64,000 nucleotides of DNA from a virus. The notes below the pieces were generated by a model. The model was not told the DNA's origin. It ran no database searches and saw only the letters and a list, made by a program, of their open reading frames with translations. The translations under genes and the position numbers were made by a program. Below are positions 1 to 9,907 of the stretch, piece by piece (position 1 is the first letter of the stretch; each line of letters opens with the position of its first letter). The DNA lies in the IMG/VR virus record IMGVR_UViG_3300027863_000019, positions 64,001 to 128,000 of that record; one strand, 5' to 3'.

Positions 1-2
1 TT

Positions 3-140
3 GCTACTAGAGCAGTTGAAGAAGAGTATGGCGCTGAGGTTGTACAGTGGCTTACTTTAGTCGATAGAACTGAAGGAAAGGTTAAGACGCCCGTTCCATT
101 AGTATCAGTATTTAAGGCTGAGGACTTATTGGCAAGCTAA
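3..140 (+). CDS. C-terminal part of a type I phosphoribosyltransferase (orotate PRTase-like), 5'-truncated by window edge
   Basis: Manual translation ATRAVEEEYGAEVVQWLTLVDRTEGKVKTPVPLVSVFKAEDLLAS* resembles the PyrE C-terminus (GAEV...LVDR...LVS.F..EDL). Confidence 0.55.
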   Translation, partial: ATRAVEEEYGAEVVQWLTLVDRTEGKVKTPVPLVSVFKAEDLLAS

Positions 141-346
141 TGGCTTATGCTAAAGATTATCGGTTGTTGAGGGCTTATTCCCTTGTACGAAATGGTCAAC
201 AATTTTTTGTGTATGTTGATCAATACGATGAGTTTGATGAGTGGTGTTTGGAGGAGTTTGACTTTCAAGATGATGTTGAAGTTATTGAGTCGGACGATAG
301 TCTCACAAAGTTTTTCAATGAATGCAAAATAGGGTTTGAGTGCTAA
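140..346 (+). CDS. hypothetical acidic protein
   Basis: 68-aa ORF coupled to both neighbours by TAATG overlaps. Confidence 0.6.
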   Translation: MAYAKDYRLLRAYSLVRNGQQFFVYVDQYDEFDEWCLEEFDFQDDVEVIESDDSLTKFFNECKIGFEC

Positions 347-519
347 TGAACTATCAGGATTTACCTCAGGAGTTAAGATACACTTTTACAGAGATGGAAA
401 AGAGGGGTGGAGGTATTTGTCCTTACTGTCATGGAAAAGCAATTGTTGGTGAAGGTGGAAAAGTCTATTGTAGTCAAGAGTCTTGTAGCCACGTCATGCA
501 ACAAAATGGTGAACAATAA
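346..519 (+). CDS. small Zn-ribbon protein (57 aa, not in ORF track)
   Basis: MNYQDLPQELRYTFTEMEKRGGGICPYCHGKAIVGEGGKVYCSQESCSHVMQQNGEQ; CxxC...CxxxxC; TAATG overlap. Confidence 0.55.
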   Translation: MNYQDLPQELRYTFTEMEKRGGGICPYCHGKAIVGEGGKVYCSQESCSHVMQQNGEQ

Positions 520-572
520 AGGTTACTTCTAACAAATTAGGAGTCGGATACTTCCACGGAGGATGACTTCTA

Positions 573-1454
573 ATGAAAAATGTAAGATTTGGTTGGCGTC
601 GGGATCTTCCCGACTTTCGTGATTATCGAGTTGATCATCCCGAAATTCTTAAAACTCTTCAAGATACGAATACTCCCTGTCCAGTTCAGAATGCCGATTC
701 AACATCGGCTATTACTAAAGTAGATCTTCGTAAGTGGTGTTCGCCGATTGAAGATCAAGGTGATCTCGGATCCTGTACAGCAAACGCTGGAGTTGGTCTC
801 GTCGAATTTTTCGAACGCAAAGCTTCTAATAATCAAAAGTATATCAACCTTTCAAGATTGTTTCTTTATAAGGTGACTCGTACTTTCGGAAACATTAAAG
901 GTGATAACGGCGCATCTTTGAGAGAAACTCTCGGTGCGTTGGTTTTGTTTGGGGTTCCACCTGAAGACTATTGGACCTATGATATCAGTAAGTTCGATGA
1001 CGAGCCGTCAGCATTTTGTTACGCCTTTGCGCAAAACTTTAAGTCTATTAAGTACTTACGATTGGATGCTGCGGACAAGACACAGACATCAACGCTCACG
1101 AACGTTAAGGCTTATTTGAAAGCCGGGTTTCCCAGTATCTTCGGGTTCTCGGTTTATAAGAGCATTGACGATGCAGATACAACTGGGAAGATTCCTTTTC
1201 CTGCATCGCAAGAAAGCTTCATGGGTGGTCATGCTGTCATGGCAGTTGGTTATGACGATACAATGGTTATTACCAATCCGCGTGATAAGACCGCTCGCAC
1301 GGGAGCTTTGATCATCCGGAATTCTTGGGGAACTACTTGGGGTGAAAAAGGTTATGGATATCTTCCATATGATTATATCCTCCAAGGGCTTGCTGATGAC
1401 TTCTGGACAGTACTCAGCCAAAGCTGGGTTGACATTACTCAGTTTGCTGGCTAA
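573..1454 (+). CDS. papain-like cysteine peptidase (family C1)
   Basis: QGDLGSCTA (oxyanion Gln, catalytic Cys), GGHAV (His), IRNSWG (Asn); GGAGG RBS. Confidence 0.92.
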   Translation: MKNVRFGWRRDLPDFRDYRVDHPEILKTLQDTNTPCPVQNADSTSAITKVDLRKWCSPIEDQGDLGSCTANAGVGLVEFFERKASNNQKYINLSRLFLYKVTRTFGNIKGDNGASLRETLGALVLFGVPPEDYWTYDISKFDDEPSAFCYAFAQNFKSIKYLRLDAADKTQTSTLTNVKAYLKAGFPSIFGFSVYKSIDDADTTGKIPFPASQESFMGGHAVMAVGYDDTMVITNPRDKTARTGALIIRNSWGTTWGEKGYGYLPYDYILQGLADDFWTVLSQSWVDITQFAG

Positions 1455-1463
1455 GAGAGGTGA

Positions 1464-1745
1464 TTGATGATTAAAGAGTGGATGGGTTTTATTATTGCTT
1501 GTATCACAATGGTAGGTGGTTTCTACGCCCTAGTCTACCTACCAGATGCAAAAGTTGGTGTTGTGACTCCACTCATGACTTTCATTCTTGGCTACTACTT
1601 TGGTAGTTCACCAGGTTCTCATAATAAAGATCAAACAATTAGTAATCTCGCGATGACTCATTTGAAACAAGTTCCAATGCTCACAAAGCCTCACCCGAAT
1701 TGTGATCCTGATCTGGAAGAGAAACCGGAGCTACCGACATCATGA
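1464..1745 (+). CDS. small two-TM membrane protein, holin-like
   Basis: Two hydrophobic segments ending in ILGYYFGSS, followed by a hydrophilic tail. Confidence 0.5.
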   Translation: MMIKEWMGFIIACITMVGGFYALVYLPDAKVGVVTPLMTFILGYYFGSSPGSHNKDQTISNLAMTHLKQVPMLTKPHPNCDPDLEEKPELPTS

Positions 1746-2140
1746 TGAAGTGGAATTGGCATGAGAAACATTCCGCTGGATTAACCTTTGGGCAACGTTT
1801 CGCAGATAAGACTGCACAGTTAATGGGCTCATGGGCTTTTATAATTGTGCAGTCTATTTTTGTGATTGGTTGGATGTCATTAAATTTCGTTGCGTGGATT
1901 GTGAAGTGGGATCCTTATCCGTTTATCTTGTTGAATCTCGTCTTCTCTATACAGGCAGCCTATGCAGCTCCAATAATCATGATGGCGCAGAATCGTCAGA
2001 ATGAACGTGATCGAGTTCAAGCGGAAGCTGACTACGCTACAGATCAAAGAGTTGACCAGGAAGTTGGTGAAATACAGAAAACTTTAATGGAAGTGAAGCA
2101 AATTGTTGAGTCAATAGAAAAAAAGATAACTCCTCAATAA
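1742..2140 (+). CDS. DUF1003-family membrane protein
   Basis: TFGQRFAD...GSWAFII...WDPYPFILLNL...QAAYAAPIIMMAQNRQ..RD signature. Confidence 0.85.
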   Translation: MMKWNWHEKHSAGLTFGQRFADKTAQLMGSWAFIIVQSIFVIGWMSLNFVAWIVKWDPYPFILLNLVFSIQAAYAAPIIMMAQNRQNERDRVQAEADYATDQRVDQEVGEIQKTLMEVKQIVESIEKKITPQ

Positions 2141-2793
2141 TGAAACTAGTTTGCGTAACCGCCATATGCGGAGGATACGATAAGATAATAGATGTACATC
2201 CTCGTTCTGATGATGTGCAATATATTTGTTTTACTGATAATCCTGATCTTAAATCTGACCTGTGGGAGATACGTCCTGCCTTTAATGGTTTTGCTGGAAG
2301 GTGGGATGCTAATATTCGAAATGCAAAACATCATAAAGTAATGATCCATGCCTGGGTTGATTGTGAGATTAGTTTATGGCTAGACTCTAATATAACGCTG
2401 TTTAAGCCGCCGACCCAATTAGTTGAACAGTACCTGCAAGACTGCGACATTTGTACTTTTACTCATTGGGGAAGGCAATGCATTTATCAAGAAGCGGATA
2501 CGTGCTCTCAACTAGGTTTAGACGATCCTGAAATCATTCGAAAGCAAATGGAAAAGTATCGCATCGAAGGTTATCCAGAAATGAATGGTCTTAATGCGGG
2601 TGGATTTATTTTAAGAAGACATACCAAAGAAGTAGCTGAGTTCAATCGCTTTTGGTGGGATCAAATTAATCAGTATTCCAAACGAGATCAATTGAGTTTA
2701 AATTATTGTATTTGGAAAACTGGAATTAAGATGGGAACCTTCTGCCCATATCCTGGAAATGATTTCATGGGAATCAGAGTACACGGCACGTGA
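2140..2793 (+). CDS. glycosyltransferase-like protein (DUF616/TOD1-MUCI70-like, GT-A fold)
   Basis: VTAICGGYD, YICFTD, SLWLDSN, SKRDQLSLNY motifs. Confidence 0.75.
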   Translation: MKLVCVTAICGGYDKIIDVHPRSDDVQYICFTDNPDLKSDLWEIRPAFNGFAGRWDANIRNAKHHKVMIHAWVDCEISLWLDSNITLFKPPTQLVEQYLQDCDICTFTHWGRQCIYQEADTCSQLGLDDPEIIRKQMEKYRIEGYPEMNGLNAGGFILRRHTKEVAEFNRFWWDQINQYSKRDQLSLNYCIWKTGIKMGTFCPYPGNDFMGIRVHGT

Positions 2794-3581
2794 AAATTTT
2801 AATCCTCGCTGATATTCCTGGATGGATCGTAGATCGTATTACGGATCGTATGATTGAAGGAATCGATTTTCAATTTACGAAAGAGTATTACGCGAGCATT
2901 CCGTCTGAGCGTCTTGTAGAGTTAGCGAATCAACATGACCTTGTTCACTATAATAATTGGGATATTCAATATCACTTGAACGTTCTCGATCAAATAAAAG
3001 TACCATTCTTGATGTCTATTCGTTCTTTTAGATATCCCCCTTACGTTAGAGACTTAGCAAGTAAACTTCATATTCATGTAATCCATATGGCTCTAAAGGA
3101 TGTTTTTATAGACTCGCATTATATTCCAGATGGAATCTTCGATCAGTTTATTCCAGATCACGATTTCGTAGTGGGCTATGCGGGAAAGCCAAGTGACTAT
3201 AAAGGCTTTCCAATGATTGTTCAAGCGTGTTCTGAACTTGGAGTAAAGTTTAAACCCGCCACTGGCGATATTAAAGCTGAAGACATGTACGACTATTATA
3301 AATCAATTGACCTTCTGGTATCCGCTTCGTATGCAGAAGGCTTCTGCGCTCCAGTAATGGAATGCTTAGCAATGAATAAGCCAGTGATAACAACTGATGT
3401 TGGCGCAGCGAGGTTTTTAAACGTACACAAGATTGAAAGATCGGTTGAAGGAATTAAACAAGGTATTCAAAAATTTTATACGCGAGACCAAGTAATACCA
3501 AAATTTGCGTGGTCAAATATTTGTGATCAGTTCAAAAATCTCTATATTGAATTAAAGGACAGAGCATTAAATAGACTTTAG
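2790..3581 (+). CDS. GT4-like (GT-B) glycosyltransferase
   Basis: C-terminal DLLVSASYAEGFCAPVMECLAMNKPVITTDVG (E-x7-E motif). Confidence 0.85.
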   Translation: MKILILADIPGWIVDRITDRMIEGIDFQFTKEYYASIPSERLVELANQHDLVHYNNWDIQYHLNVLDQIKVPFLMSIRSFRYPPYVRDLASKLHIHVIHMALKDVFIDSHYIPDGIFDQFIPDHDFVVGYAGKPSDYKGFPMIVQACSELGVKFKPATGDIKAEDMYDYYKSIDLLVSASYAEGFCAPVMECLAMNKPVITTDVGAARFLNVHKIERSVEGIKQGIQKFYTRDQVIPKFAWSNICDQFKNLYIELKDRALNRL

Positions 3582-3709
3582 AAACGAGAAACCGATTGTA
3601 GCGGAAAGAGTTACTCAAATTTCTGCCAAGATTCGCGATGAATTATATGTGTAATCTATTTGTGAAAGACTTGGAACTTGGTTCACTACTTGTATAGGAA
3701 GGAGAGATA

Positions 3710-4258
3710 ATGATCATTCGCAATGATGACGTATCGGTTGATACTCAGATGTCAGACTTTTATAAGTTTTGTGAAATCTGTGACCGACGTGGATTTAAAA
3801 TTCTTCAAGGAATAACCATTTGTGGAGAGACTCATAAGATTGATTATCGAATGGATAACAATCAAATTAAGTCTCTCGGCTCCGGTCGTCAGATCTTTGA
3901 GCATACTGAACTTATCGATTACCTAGTACAGCGGAATGATTTAATCGCTGTTCATGGATTATGGCATACTCACGAGGTAACCGAGAAAGAAATCGAGTCA
4001 GCTAAGCGAATGTTAACAAGGGTATTAAAACCAACATACTTTATACCTCCTTTTAATGAGGGCGATTATCCAAATGAAATATGTGGATTGCAAGTTTCGT
4101 CGAAAGACGCTCAAAATATTGAACACTATTTTCAAACCACAGATATTCCAACAACTGAAATCGCTTATACCCATTTTTGGAGATATGGAAGATGGTATCC
4201 TTGGGAGACTCTGGAAAAAACCTTAGATCGTATTGTCGAGAAGATGATCCAGAGTTAG
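3710..4258 (+). CDS. polysaccharide deacetylase-like (NodB/DUF2334-type) protein
   Basis: IRNDD, IAVHGLWH, YFIPPFN motifs; GGAG RBS. Confidence 0.65.
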   Translation: MIIRNDDVSVDTQMSDFYKFCEICDRRGFKILQGITICGETHKIDYRMDNNQIKSLGSGRQIFEHTELIDYLVQRNDLIAVHGLWHTHEVTEKEIESAKRMLTRVLKPTYFIPPFNEGDYPNEICGLQVSSKDAQNIEHYFQTTDIPTTEIAYTHFWRYGRWYPWETLEKTLDRIVEKMIQS

Positions 4259-4797
4259 ACTTCAAGACTGTTCAACCTGAAGCGGTTGGATTAGATCCCA
4301 CAGAATGTTTTCGTTCATCACCTTCCGGCGATGAATTTCTTAGACATTTTATCCAGTCTCTAAATATCACTGATCAAGATTCGATCTTAGATATTGGATG
4401 TGGAAAAGGAAGTGCGATGTGTATTATGCGTGAATTTCCTTTTGCACGAATAATGGGAGTAGAGATTTCCGAACAACTTGCTGAGATCGCAAAACATAAT
4501 TTCGAGACTTTACATTCCAAAAGATGTATCGTCCACGTTGGTAATGCAGCGAGGTTTTCATTGTATAACTTATTTAATTACTACTATCTATACAATCCAT
4601 TTCCATGTCATGTAATGACACAAGTTATAACAAAGATTAATCAGACTACCGCAATGTCAAGTCGTGAACGTTTCATCATCTATAATAATCCGGTGTGCCA
4701 TGATGAAATCATAAAAGGAGGTTGGTTTAAAATTAAGGAAGTTCCAACTAAATGGAGCTTGCGAATTTTTATTTATTCCAACAGGAGCCCGAAATGA
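4177..4797 (+). CDS. class I SAM-dependent methyltransferase (start uncertain)
   Basis: ILDIGCGKG motif I, GVEIS, YLYNPF. Confidence 0.8.
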   Translation: MEIWKMVSLGDSGKNLRSYCREDDPELDFKTVQPEAVGLDPTECFRSSPSGDEFLRHFIQSLNITDQDSILDIGCGKGSAMCIMREFPFARIMGVEISEQLAEIAKHNFETLHSKRCIVHVGNAARFSLYNLFNYYYLYNPFPCHVMTQVITKINQTTAMSSRERFIIYNNPVCHDEIIKGGWFKIKEVPTKWSLRIFIYSNRSPK

Positions 4798-5567
4798 TTG
4801 TTTCAACGGATGAAGCACTTGAACTAATGAAGGAGAAGGATCTACAACCGGTGAGTGACATTTGGCACTACTCGTTTAATATCGAGCAGTACTATGAGTA
4901 CTTCGACTTCTTACAAGATGATCATGCTTCATTTTTAATTGCGCCAAAGAAGTTACACCAGTGGGCGCCATTACCCATTTTTACTAATAAGCCGGATGAT
5001 GAAAATTTAACTCGAGCTTGGAAAGGAACGAATCGATTTTGGTTTTGCAGGCTCACAACATTTGACGATTTTTTAAATCGTCGCAGTACTATGAGTCGAA
5101 TGCCGCGAAAGCATTTTCCCACTTTGCAAACTTTCCCAAAGAAGGATGCTTACTTGCAAGGCAAGTTATCAATTGAATTTCTTGACATCCCGACTTTTCA
5201 AGAAATTTATGACAATTTAAAAAGGGAAGAACACATCAGTGGTAAAGAGGTTTTGGATTCTCTTTTTCGATCAAACATTGGTACTCCTCATGACTGGTTC
5301 AAGATGATGACATTGGAAGTCAAGAAAAGTATCGTGGGGGTGGGTCTTCTAGTCGATGACGGTCGTAGTCAATCTTTAATCAACTTAGCTACCATAATTG
5401 ATTTAAATCGGTATGGCTTATATATGTTAACCTTGTGGATTAAAGAATGCTGCGCGGTACGATATAAATCCGTTGATGCAGGAATCAGTGGCACATACGG
5501 AATCTATAAAGATCAAATCTTTATAGATTCCGTATTCGAAAGATTGCCGTACAAAATAAACCTTTGA
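4752..5567 (+). CDS. hypothetical protein, possible GNAT-like C-terminal domain (start perhaps 4794)
   Basis: IVGVGLLV...YGLYMLTLWIKEC...VDAG...YK pattern reminiscent of GNAT/FemAB folds; weak. Confidence 0.4.
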   Translation: MELANFYLFQQEPEMIVSTDEALELMKEKDLQPVSDIWHYSFNIEQYYEYFDFLQDDHASFLIAPKKLHQWAPLPIFTNKPDDENLTRAWKGTNRFWFCRLTTFDDFLNRRSTMSRMPRKHFPTLQTFPKKDAYLQGKLSIEFLDIPTFQEIYDNLKREEHISGKEVLDSLFRSNIGTPHDWFKMMTLEVKKSIVGVGLLVDDGRSQSLINLATIIDLNRYGLYMLTLWIKECCAVRYKSVDAGISGTYGIYKDQIFIDSVFERLPYKINL

Positions 5568-5578
5568 GGTGACTGTAA

Positions 5579-6328
5579 ATGGATAGATGGGATTTAATTA
5601 ACTATTTAATCGAAACTTTTGGGTACAAAACTTATCTGGAGATTGGAGTCTACGATCCCAAAAATAATTTCGATAAGATTAAAGCTGAAGTGAAACATGG
5701 AGTAGATCCTGACCCAGCAGGACCTGTCTCCCACAAAATGAAAGCCGATGACTTCTTCGCTCAGAATAAGGATAAGTATGATCTTATCTTTATTGATGGA
5801 TTTCATGTAGATGAGCAGGTGTGTAAAGACGTTGCGAACTCTCTCGCAAGTCTAACTCCTAACGGAATGATTGTTCTTCACGATTGTAATCCACTCGAGA
5901 AGGATCACCAGGAAGTTCCTGCTGTAACAACTTATTGGGTAGGAACAGTTTGGAAAGCTTTCACTAGGTTCCTCACTCAGCTCCCACCTGACATCGAAAT
6001 GTTTGTCGTGGATATTGACACTGGAATTGGAATAATGAAAGCGACAGGGAAGGGGACGCGATTAGATCCAATTCCTGAGCAGGAATTAACGTTCGAAAAT
6101 CTCGAACTTAACCGCGCGAGTTGGTTAAACCTTAAAACGTTTGATGAGTTTCTCGCTTGGGTGAAAGCTCAAGTCCCAACTCCCACGCCAAAGAAATCAA
6201 CTAAGGCTGTAACTGAGTCTGAAACTCAATCTATGAAGCTTGATCAAAAAGAAGCTAATGCGCAAACATTGATTGAGCCAGAGGTTGAAACTGACAAATT
6301 ATCAAAAAGTAAAGGAGGAATAAACTAA
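5579..6328 (+). CDS. class I SAM methyltransferase (Methyltransf_24-like)
   Basis: YLEIGV, GVDP, YDLIFIDGFH, GMIVLHD motifs. Confidence 0.85.
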   Translation: MDRWDLINYLIETFGYKTYLEIGVYDPKNNFDKIKAEVKHGVDPDPAGPVSHKMKADDFFAQNKDKYDLIFIDGFHVDEQVCKDVANSLASLTPNGMIVLHDCNPLEKDHQEVPAVTTYWVGTVWKAFTRFLTQLPPDIEMFVVDIDTGIGIMKATGKGTRLDPIPEQELTFENLELNRASWLNLKTFDEFLAWVKAQVPTPTPKKSTKAVTESETQSMKLDQKEANAQTLIEPEVETDKLSKSKGGIN

Positions 6329-6700
6329 ATGCGTAATAAGATTTTCACATTCTTGGCCGTACTTGGTCTCGTGTTGACCATTGGTGTAGGCTGCGCGAAC
6401 TTTAAGAGCAAAATTTGTGGTAATGGTCCTGATGTAGCAATCAGCCTTCAAAACACAGTGAATACTCTTAAAGCGACCGCAGATGAGCTCAACGCGATTC
6501 TTCAGAAGGGCTACGACGCTCAGATCGCTCTTGCTTACTCTATTGCTAAGACCGCACTAACCGCCGCACAAGCACTTCTTGCACAGAATTGTCCCGATCC
6601 AAAAGATGTTGAAGCCGTTGCGACTACAACCACTGAAGAAGTACAGCCTAAAGCTTCAGCTGCTAAAATGCGCGCTGTTAAGCTCGGCCTAATTAAGTAA
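6329..6700 (+). CDS. predicted lipoprotein
   Basis: Basic N-terminus, hydrophobic core, lipobox-like IGVGC; AAGGAGG RBS. Confidence 0.65.
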   Translation: MRNKIFTFLAVLGLVLTIGVGCANFKSKICGNGPDVAISLQNTVNTLKATADELNAILQKGYDAQIALAYSIAKTALTAAQALLAQNCPDPKDVEAVATTTTEEVQPKASAAKMRAVKLGLIK

Positions 6701-6714
6701 CTACCTTATAACTC

Positions 6715-6736
6715 GAGGGGAGGAAAGCCTCCCCTC
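6715..6736 (+). terminator. GC-rich hairpin after lipoprotein gene
   Basis: GAGGGGAGG-AAAG-CCTCCCCTC perfect stem; no clear U-tract. Confidence 0.45.
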
Positions 6737-6748
6737 ATCTCCTAACCC

Positions 6749-7687
6749 ATGAATCTACCAGCTTTAATAACCGGTGACTTACACGTCGACTCTCGAAATC
6801 TTGACGTATTTAATGAGTGGTGTAAGTTCGTGAACTCCTTTAAGGAGTTTGAAACCCTTATAATCATTGGAGATTTATTCCACTCACCTGAATCGATCAA
6901 GTGGGATTGTCTTCTATCGGTGTTCGACTTCTTCGATAAGTTCGATCGCGAAGTCATTCTATTGTCAGGTAATCATGATCAAGTCTTTTACCGTGATGTT
7001 AGATCAACGATTAGTGTATTTAAGAGATATGCTTCAGTAATTGAAAAGCCTTGTAAGGTTGGTTTAACTTATTGGATTCCATCACGACCTGAAGAAGAGT
7101 TCATTAAACTCGTATCTGAGTATGCTCCAGAAAGAAAAGATGGAACTGTTTTATTTATGCATCAAATGATTCATGAGTTACGGCTTAATAATAAAGTTCC
7201 AGTTTCTTCTTCTATTAAGACTGAACACTTGGAACCATATGAATGGGTATTCAATGGACATTTACATAAACCGCAAGTAGTACCTCCTATTGTTAATGTT
7301 GGTACTCCATGGCAACATTCATTTGCTGAAGCTGGACAACAAAAGTTTATGTGGCTTTATGATGGTAAGGAAGCGAAGGCAATAGTATCGCCAATAAGAG
7401 AAAGGTTTATTGAGGGTACTATTGAAGAATTACTCGAAGCAGATTTAAAAGATAAAAATGTTAAAGTATACTTGAAACAACAAGACAATTTAGATATAAT
7501 AGTAAAAGCATTACAAGAAAAAGGTGCAAAGAGTTGGGTTTTGAAACCGATTGAAATGAGGATAAGTAGGGTAGACGCTTCAGAGGTGCACGCTTCACTT
7601 CAATCGTATATCATTAATTATTCAAGAGTTCAAAATCTAGATCCTGATGTTGAGGCGTTAGGTGCTCACTTCTTGGCGGGGCAATGA
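6749..7687 (+). CDS. Mre11/SbcD/gp47-like metallophosphoesterase nuclease
   Basis: GDLH, GDLF, GNHD, GHLH motifs; adjacent to Rad50-like ATPase. Confidence 0.88.
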   Translation: MNLPALITGDLHVDSRNLDVFNEWCKFVNSFKEFETLIIIGDLFHSPESIKWDCLLSVFDFFDKFDREVILLSGNHDQVFYRDVRSTISVFKRYASVIEKPCKVGLTYWIPSRPEEEFIKLVSEYAPERKDGTVLFMHQMIHELRLNNKVPVSSSIKTEHLEPYEWVFNGHLHKPQVVPPIVNVGTPWQHSFAEAGQQKFMWLYDGKEAKAIVSPIRERFIEGTIEELLEADLKDKNVKVYLKQQDNLDIIVKALQEKGAKSWVLKPIEMRISRVDASEVHASLQSYIINYSRVQNLDPDVEALGAHFLAGQ

Positions 7688-7839
7688 AATCAATTCGTGA
7701 TATCGATATAACAACCAAAGAAGGAAAGCTATTAATTATAACACTTTGTACTTGTCTGGGTTATATAAGCAAAACCCTCAATGAAGTTCTTGTCGAGATG
7801 GTTGAACTCGCGAAGCTGGCTTTCAAAGATGAAAATTAA
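7684..7839 (+). CDS. small hypothetical protein (51 aa, not in ORF track)
   Basis: MKSIRDIDITTKEGKLLIITLCTCLGYISKTLNEVLVEMVELAKLAFKDEN; ATGA overlap upstream and overlap with ATG 7829. Confidence 0.45.
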   Translation: MKSIRDIDITTKEGKLLIITLCTCLGYISKTLNEVLVEMVELAKLAFKDEN

Positions 7840-9646
7840 GTTCCTCTATGTAAGCGCTCAATACTTCCGCTCGTTTAAATCCTTTCATTTAGATTTACAA
7901 GCCGGAGGTATATCATTAGTACAAGGTGAGTTACTCGGAGACTTAGAGTCTGTTGAATCAAACGGTTCTGGTAAGTCATCCTTATTCTCAGCGATCTCAT
8001 GGGCGTTATATGGGAGGCTCCCGCACATTAGTGGTAAAGATGTTACTGGAGATGACGTAATTTCTTGGGGCACCAATAAAGGATGTTACGTTAAAGTAGC
8101 ATTTAAAATTGGTGATGATACTTATGAAGTTATAAGATTCCGTCAAGATCCAACTTATGGTAATAAAGTTCGAATTTGGCTTGGTGAAGATGAAAAGACT
8201 TTAGCATCGAATCCTCAAACTCAAAAACTAATTGAAGAGATTGTTGGAATCTCACAAGATCTCTTTGCTCAATTAGTTTATATTACCGATGCCTCTATGA
8301 GGAACTCTTTCTCGTTTGAAACTGATGCTAATAGAAAAAAGATTCTCGTTGATGTTTTACCGCACTTGAGACAGTTTGGTCAGGCAAGAGATAGAGTAAA
8401 AGACGCTCACGATGTCTTTAACGAGAATCATAAGCGCTTAAATCAAGAGCTTGAAACTCTCAATCAGATGATCGAAGCACTTCCAGATATGGCGGAGAGT
8501 AAAAAACAAAGTGCGTTAATTAGCGAGAGAATTGCAAAGCTTGAAGATCAGAGGATTGATTTGCAATCCAAGTTGACTGACTGCGAGAATTTAATTCTTG
8601 ATTGTACGAGAATTTTAAAAGAGCACGATTCCGCCTTAAAGGCAGCTTCAGAGTCTGAATCGTTGGCAAGAAAGAAGTATGAGATTGAACGCGAAAAGTA
8701 TAATCAGAAGGTCGCGCAACGTAAAATGATCGAACGAGATTACACTCGTTGGTTAAACGCGAAGGATGAATGTCCGGAATGTAGTCAAAAAATTCCCTTG
8801 CAGTTAAAGCAGATTCAACGTTCACATCATAAGTGTCAACTCGACTTAGAGATCATGTGTGAAGAAGCTTACCATTTATCCTGTATTGCATCTGAAGAGT
8901 CGTTACGTAAAGCTGAACATGATAAGAATGAAGTTTCTTTTGCATTCAATCGAATTGGCCAGGAGAAGAGTTCGTATGAACAAGAACGTGAGAGAATCTT
9001 AAATGCGATCGCACAAATAAAACAAGAGAAGGCGAATCTCGAAAATATCCGAACTCACCTAGAAAGTGAATGTCAAACAGCTGCTGATCGTCGTCGTGCT
9101 CTTGATTCACGCGTGAGTGAAATTCAACGTCTTCTAGAAACTGTGGCAGTTTATATTGATCCATTAAAGTTTTGGTTGCAGGGATTTGGTCCTAAGGGTG
9201 TAATATCATTAGCATTAAAACAAACCTTAGACCTTTTAACTGAGAGAACGAACCATTGGTTGTATAGATTGTGGCATGAGGGAGCTTCAATCGTTGTAGG
9301 TTTTCCTCAAGAAGATATATCAAAGATTACGGTCGACTTCATTATCAACGGCAAATCAGTTAATATCATATCTTTAAGCTCGGGACAAACGAGAAGATTA
9401 TGTCTCGCGCTATGCTTTGGACTTCGTGAAACGTTGCAATCATTGTCAGGGTGGCAAACAAATCTTTTAGTATTAGATGAAGTTTTTGATAGTCTCGATA
9501 ATGCTGGTAGATTACAAGTTCTTGAAAAGATGCGTGAGATAAAAGATACTTCAATCTTTGTTATTTCACAATTTCCACACGTATCTGGTCCAATCGATCA
9601 TATGATCAACGTCCAATACGATCATGGAGTTTCAAAAATTATATGA
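7829..9646 (+). CDS. Rad50/SbcC/gp46-like SMC ATPase
   Basis: Walker A NGSGKSS, coiled coil with CPEC zinc hook, signature LSSGQ, Walker B LLVLDEVFD; start moved from 7781 to ATG 7829. Confidence 0.9.
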   Translation: MKIKFLYVSAQYFRSFKSFHLDLQAGGISLVQGELLGDLESVESNGSGKSSLFSAISWALYGRLPHISGKDVTGDDVISWGTNKGCYVKVAFKIGDDTYEVIRFRQDPTYGNKVRIWLGEDEKTLASNPQTQKLIEEIVGISQDLFAQLVYITDASMRNSFSFETDANRKKILVDVLPHLRQFGQARDRVKDAHDVFNENHKRLNQELETLNQMIEALPDMAESKKQSALISERIAKLEDQRIDLQSKLTDCENLILDCTRILKEHDSALKAASESESLARKKYEIEREKYNQKVAQRKMIERDYTRWLNAKDECPECSQKIPLQLKQIQRSHHKCQLDLEIMCEEAYHLSCIASEESLRKAEHDKNEVSFAFNRIGQEKSSYEQERERILNAIAQIKQEKANLENIRTHLESECQTAADRRRALDSRVSEIQRLLETVAVYIDPLKFWLQGFGPKGVISLALKQTLDLLTERTNHWLYRLWHEGASIVVGFPQEDISKITVDFIINGKSVNIISLSSGQTRRLCLALCFGLRETLQSLSGWQTNLLVLDEVFDSLDNAGRLQVLEKMREIKDTSIFVISQFPHVSGPIDHMINVQYDHGVSKII

Positions 9647-9907
9647 AACCGTTAATTTACTTGGCAGATCCTCATACGATTCCGGATCCCGTAGAGAATA
9701 CTCGTCGTGTTATTCAGAAGGTTGAAGAACTAACAAAGCTCGGCTTCGCGGATGGAGTATTTAAGACGTTGTGATTTAATGTATCGAATGAAAGGAATGA
9801 GTCCAGGATCAGATAAAGAAGAGAAGCTGGCAATTGAATTAAACATTCCTATAATTTATGAGAGTGAGGAATATAAATGGATACAACAGCAAAACAAGAT
9901 CTCGTAA
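9643..9907 (+). pseudogene. internally deleted/frameshifted DUF4406/DUF1937-like gene
   Basis: One frame gives MKPLIYLADPHTIPDPVENTRRV...LGFA, a shifted frame gives MEYLRRCDLMYRMKGMSPGSDKEEKLAIELNIPIIYE; the middle of the family consensus is missing. Confidence 0.55.
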
